Of a stretch of DNA of 64,000 nucleotides, positions 60,182 to 64,000 are shown piece after piece. A program made the translations under genes and the position numbers. The DNA is from Marsupella aquatica (lineage: Eukaryota; Plantae; Marchantiophyta). The stretch spans positions 13,883,580-13,947,579 of the forward strand of contig OZ316894.1 in the NCBI GenBank assembly GCA_973895155.1, in the 5' to 3' direction. The stretch's first letter is position 1. The number at the start of each line of letters is the position of its first letter. The notes under the pieces are model-generated. The model did not search any database, was not told the origin of the DNA, and saw only the letters and a list, made by a program, of their open reading frames with translations.

Positions 60182-61295
60182 GTGGAACATCTACTGCATG
60201 CGCATTACCCTCAAGCAAATCATCAGGTCCAACAATTACACCACTGAATGCTGCCAAAGACAATGGTGTGGATTTAGGGCCTCCCACAGGTCCACTAAAT
60301 CTCACTGGCAATTTGCTCAATCGAGCATCTCTTGACTGCCAATCAGGTCTATATGCCACCGATTCCTCCCAAAAATCAAGAATAAATCCCATGGGGTAGA
60401 GCACTGTACATCCCACCAACACATCATATGACTCTGCCTTAGTCAGAATAGCTCGCGCCTGTATCTGTGAGCTATCTATGGTATGACCTTCCTGAATCCT
60501 CAAATCAAGAGGTCTCCTGGTAATGTGCTGTGTAGGTGTAGGTCCCCCCAATGAAGTCTGAATGGGAAAGGGACAATCCTCCAAATCCTCTAGACGCAAT
60601 CTCAATCCACATATGGCAGACTTACCCAACATCAAGGGTTGAGCACCAGTATCCAGTAACACTCTCTCTGGTTGGTATACTACCCCAAAAGGCCCAACTA
60701 ATCGGAAGATATCACTCCAATTATCCAATGACACAACACTAGGTTTAAACATAGTCCTCTCAAACGTAGGGCGTGCTGGTAAATCCACCAACCTCGCTGC
60801 TGTTGCATGCCATGTCTTACTAGTAGCAGTAGGTGGCATGGTCTTCATTGCTTCAACACTGCAAGCTGTTTCTGCATGGGAAGCAACCACTGGAGTGTCC
60901 TCATAGAGTGTAGCTGCCAATCTAAACACTTCTGTAGGACCAGCTCCCAAGTTCAGCATGTCTGTCACTGAAAATAATGGGGTGCTTACTATGGCAGTAG
61001 CCGCCCCCAGCAGGGTACCTGTCATCCCTACTACATCACTACCTGATTCTGCCAACTTACCCACGCCAGGGTTTGTCCGAACCGGGTTCATAGAGGCAGT
61101 CTGAACTGTCTTTGACAATGTAAAAGACTGAGGAAGCTTTGTCTGTTGACGTGCATCCCCCCTCTATGGATCTAGCTCCACTACTGCTCCTCGGGGCTCA
61201 AGAGCTTTGGCTGCCCCACGTGTCAAAGCTGCTGATGCATCAATATGTGCAGTGCCATACATGAATCCCATGGTGGCAAGGTCTCCATCAGCTCC
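60182..61295 (-). pseudogene. Gypsy gag C-terminus and aspartic protease (copy B)
   Basis: RVLLDTGAQP...YDVLVG in ORF 60009..61118. Confidence 0.88.
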
Positions 61296-64000
61296 TGTCA
61301 CTTGCCTCTCCAACGGTTAATACGTGCAAACCGCACTTTTCTTCGCTTAAACCGTTGGTATCGTATTACGGGGTCGTGGAGGGACGCTATTTGGATTCTT
61401 TTCACACCAGGATGAGTATTTTGGTTTCCGCTCCCGGAAATGTAGGTTTTGATCAAGTCTACCGACTACCCTCACCCCACAGCTTTTGATCAAGTCCTGC
61501 CGACTACCCCACTACACCTTCACTCGGAGTCACCCAAAGAGTGCTGTCACCACCCCTACTCACAAGGCCGACTCAAACCAAGCAAGTTTCTTCAAATCAT
61601 AGAACGGGAGAACACAATTCGGAAAGCGAAAAAGGGAGAAGGAACACACAACAAAAGCCCATCAAGTCAAATGTACAGATCCATATCTCTTGGGAAAAAC
61701 GATACACATTGCATGAGTAACCCGGCCTCCTGCCGTCTACTCAACTCCTGCCTCTCCGGACAATGAGTATGGCTCCCCCTCACTACTCTGAACACGCTTT
61801 CAAACTCCTCAGGCTCCACTCTATCCCTCCTTGCTAACTTCACACTGAGTCCCCCTAACTACTTCGGGGCTATCCCCCTAAATACTGAAAAATCACACCA
61901 AAGCACCCCTCACAGGGTCACAACGGTGGCGGCTACCCTAGCGGCGCCGCTAAAACCTTGCACTAAGAGAAATCCTTAAACTGAAGAGGAGCATGCGGCA
62001 CACACATGCTGCTAAAACCCTAAACCCAAAACAAGGGGGCCGACGGTGCCTTCGACGGCGCCCCAACAGTACACGTGAACCCTGAAAGTGAGAGGCACCC
62101 CAAAATGGCCGAAACTAGGTGCCCTTCCAAGTGCACACCTGAGCTCACCCCTGGATAGCTCTTCTTTTCCTGCTTCCGAATCACTAAGTCGCTCCCTCAA
62201 CGGACTTCAGACGCCTGAGTTATGGCCGTTTCCGTACCGCAAAAACATAAGTTCTCCAGGCCATAACTTGCTCATCCTGGCTCCGTTTGAGGAGCGCCGC
62301 CTCTTGTTGGAATCAGCTCCGCGAGCTCATCCCAACAAGCCCATGAGTGACCCCCCACTAAAATGTTGGAAATCTGGAGGCCGTACACCCACGTCCGTAC
62401 GCCTATCTAATCCTCCTCTTCTTCTTCGCTCTCGGTGCCCGGACTTGTGCCCCGTGAGTGGTCCTCCTCCTCATCACTCACGGGAGTGAGTGCCACCGTA
62501 CTTTTCTTCTTCTTCGACGGAGTACTCTTAGTGCTGCTGCTCCCGCGCTTCCTCAAAGCAGCCAAGGCCTGCCACGCCTTGATGTACCCCTCACCAATTG
62601 TGTCCTTCCAGAGGGTAGCCTCTTCTCCGGACCGCAACTCCAACGGTAGAACTTGCCCCGTGGCCATGGGAGTCCCGGGGGTGACAGACCTGGGTGGCAT
62701 CCCCGTACTGACCTGAGCCTCCCGTAACGATTTCCGTACCTCCCGGAGCTTCTTCTCCAAGCTCTTACTCTTCTCCTGACTCTTCTTGGCTCCATCCAAC
62801 AAGGGTCCATACTTCCCACTAACCTCCTTCACCACCATCTCGATAGCTTGGGAGATCACATCCGGGGAAAGTGTGGAGCCAGGTGTGCCGGGACTCTTCC
62901 GTTTCCCTAGACTCAGGGCCTCACTTCTCTTCGCTCGTGTCTCAAAGGCTGCCACCTGACTCCGTAGTGCTCCCACCTGGTTCCTCCACTCCATCACTTC
63001 TCCAGAATTTTGCTTCTCTTTGGCCAATGCTTGCCTCAACGCTCCTACTTCTTCTGCTTCCTTGGCCTTGGTGGACAAAGCTCCCTTCAAGTTGGTGATC
63101 TCTACGTGAGCTGCATTGATGTGCCTGACCTTCTCATGAATGGTCTGCTCCTTGGTCTTGATCACCTCCTTCAGTGACAGGATGCTCTGCTCTAACGTCT
63201 CTACTTTGACTGTGGCGTGCTTGAGAGACTCCCTCAATGCGTGGACTAGCTTGAGTCCCTCGTGGACTCCCTCTCTGAAATCCCGTAGCTCTGCCAAGTA
63301 AACATCCGGAATGTTGTATTCCAGAGGCTGTTTCGGATCTCCCACGAGTGATTCAAGCCACTCCAATGTGCAATCATCCTCCTGGTTCTCTTCTTCTCTA
63401 TTATCCTCCCCACCAGCAGACAATGATTCCTCCGTGAGCTTCCCTAAAACGGTAGTGGCAATACTCCGGATCTCCGTGGTGAGAGATGATCCCGTGTCTT
63501 CATGCCCCGGAGAACCAATCAACCCTTCTGCCCTGGCCAATACAAATGACCCCATCAAATGTACAGCCCCACCTGGTTTCACACTCCCGGGCTCAGCGGC
63601 CAATAGCTTCTTCAATCCGTAGCACCACCATCCGTACACATGGGCTGGGTAGTTCTTGATGTCCATAGCTACCACGAAATGCTCCTCATTCAGCACTCCG
63701 GATTGCACGTTGCCAAGAACCCGTTGATGCACCTTGGCCAGGAAGCCCTTATACTCAACATCCTTGACAGCAGAAAGAGGGATGGCGGTGGTGGAGGTAG
63801 GATTGGTCACCCAAGTGGCCACCATTTTCAACGTGAGTTCTCCCCTGATATTCCGAGGTGTGAATGAGAATTTCTGATTCTCAAGAAACAATAGCTTAGC
63901 CAACTCCACATGGGGCACTACACGTTTGAGACATTCAAAGTAGATTCCCTCCGTTCGGAACTCCATCCCGGCCTCAATGTCCCAGCTCTTCCCTGAAGGG
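61296..64000 (-). mobile_element. ORF-containing LTR-like unit (third family), runs off the window
   Basis: Starts TGTCAC exactly where copy B homology stops. About 1.1 kb of non-coding DNA is followed by a minus-strand ORF, the same layout as 16081 and 37591. Confidence 0.65.
62407..63966 (-). CDS. Unknown coiled-coil retroelement accessory protein
   Basis: 519-aa uninterrupted ORF with a globular N-terminal part, heptad-rich centre, KKKK patch and acidic tail. Confidence 0.7.
   Translation of the reverse strand: MEFRTEGIYFECLKRVVPHVELAKLLFLENQKFSFTPRNIRGELTLKMVATWVTNPTSTTAIPLSAVKDVEYKGFLAKVHQRVLGNVQSGVLNEEHFVVAMDIKNYPAHVYGWWCYGLKKLLAAEPGSVKPGGAVHLMGSFVLARAEGLIGSPGHEDTGSSLTTEIRSIATTVLGKLTEESLSAGGEDNREEENQEDDCTLEWLESLVGDPKQPLEYNIPDVYLAELRDFREGVHEGLKLVHALRESLKHATVKVETLEQSILSLKEVIKTKEQTIHEKVRHINAAHVEITNLKGALSTKAKEAEEVGALRQALAKEKQNSGEVMEWRNQVGALRSQVAAFETRAKRSEALSLGKRKSPGTPGSTLSPDVISQAIEMVVKEVSGKYGPLLDGAKKSQEKSKSLEKKLREVRKSLREAQVSTGMPPRSVTPGTPMATGQVLPLELRSGEEATLWKDTIGEGYIKAWQALAALRKRGSSSTKSTPSKKKKSTVALTPVSDEEEDHSRGTSPGTESEEEEED

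Larger units (their letters stand above)
39865..61295 (-). mobile_element. DNMT-Gypsy copy B (gag end-PR-DNMT-RT-RH-INT), interrupted by a LINE and a DNA transposon
   Basis: 60182-61295 and 45660-46550 are the reverse complement of copy A 35555-37590. RT, RNase H and integrase follow downstream. Confidence 0.92.

Overview
Eukaryotic, most likely land-plant DNA (non-seed plant is an inference). It is made almost entirely of nested transposable elements, and I found no clear host gene. From left to right: the 3' end of a CACTA element is inserted in a Gypsy element, which also carries a MITE and a young Bianca-type Copia element in its LTR. A decayed Copia integrase follows. Then come two inverted copies of a Gypsy retrotransposon whose polyprotein carries a DNMT3-like C5 cytosine methyltransferase between protease and RT. 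These two copies are interrupted by four ORF-bearing giant LTR-like units (one holding an L1), an RTE-X-like LINE and a 13.6-kb TIR DNA transposon with a 4-bp TSD. That transposon encodes a Sola-like transposase plus cargo: a ParB-like/amino-methyltransferase-like gene, an FCP1-like phosphatase, palindrome arrays and a nested MULE. Most coding regions are pseudogenised, and many stops are TAG/TGA codons consistent with methyl-C deamination. All family calls come from motif recognition by eye, not from database searches.
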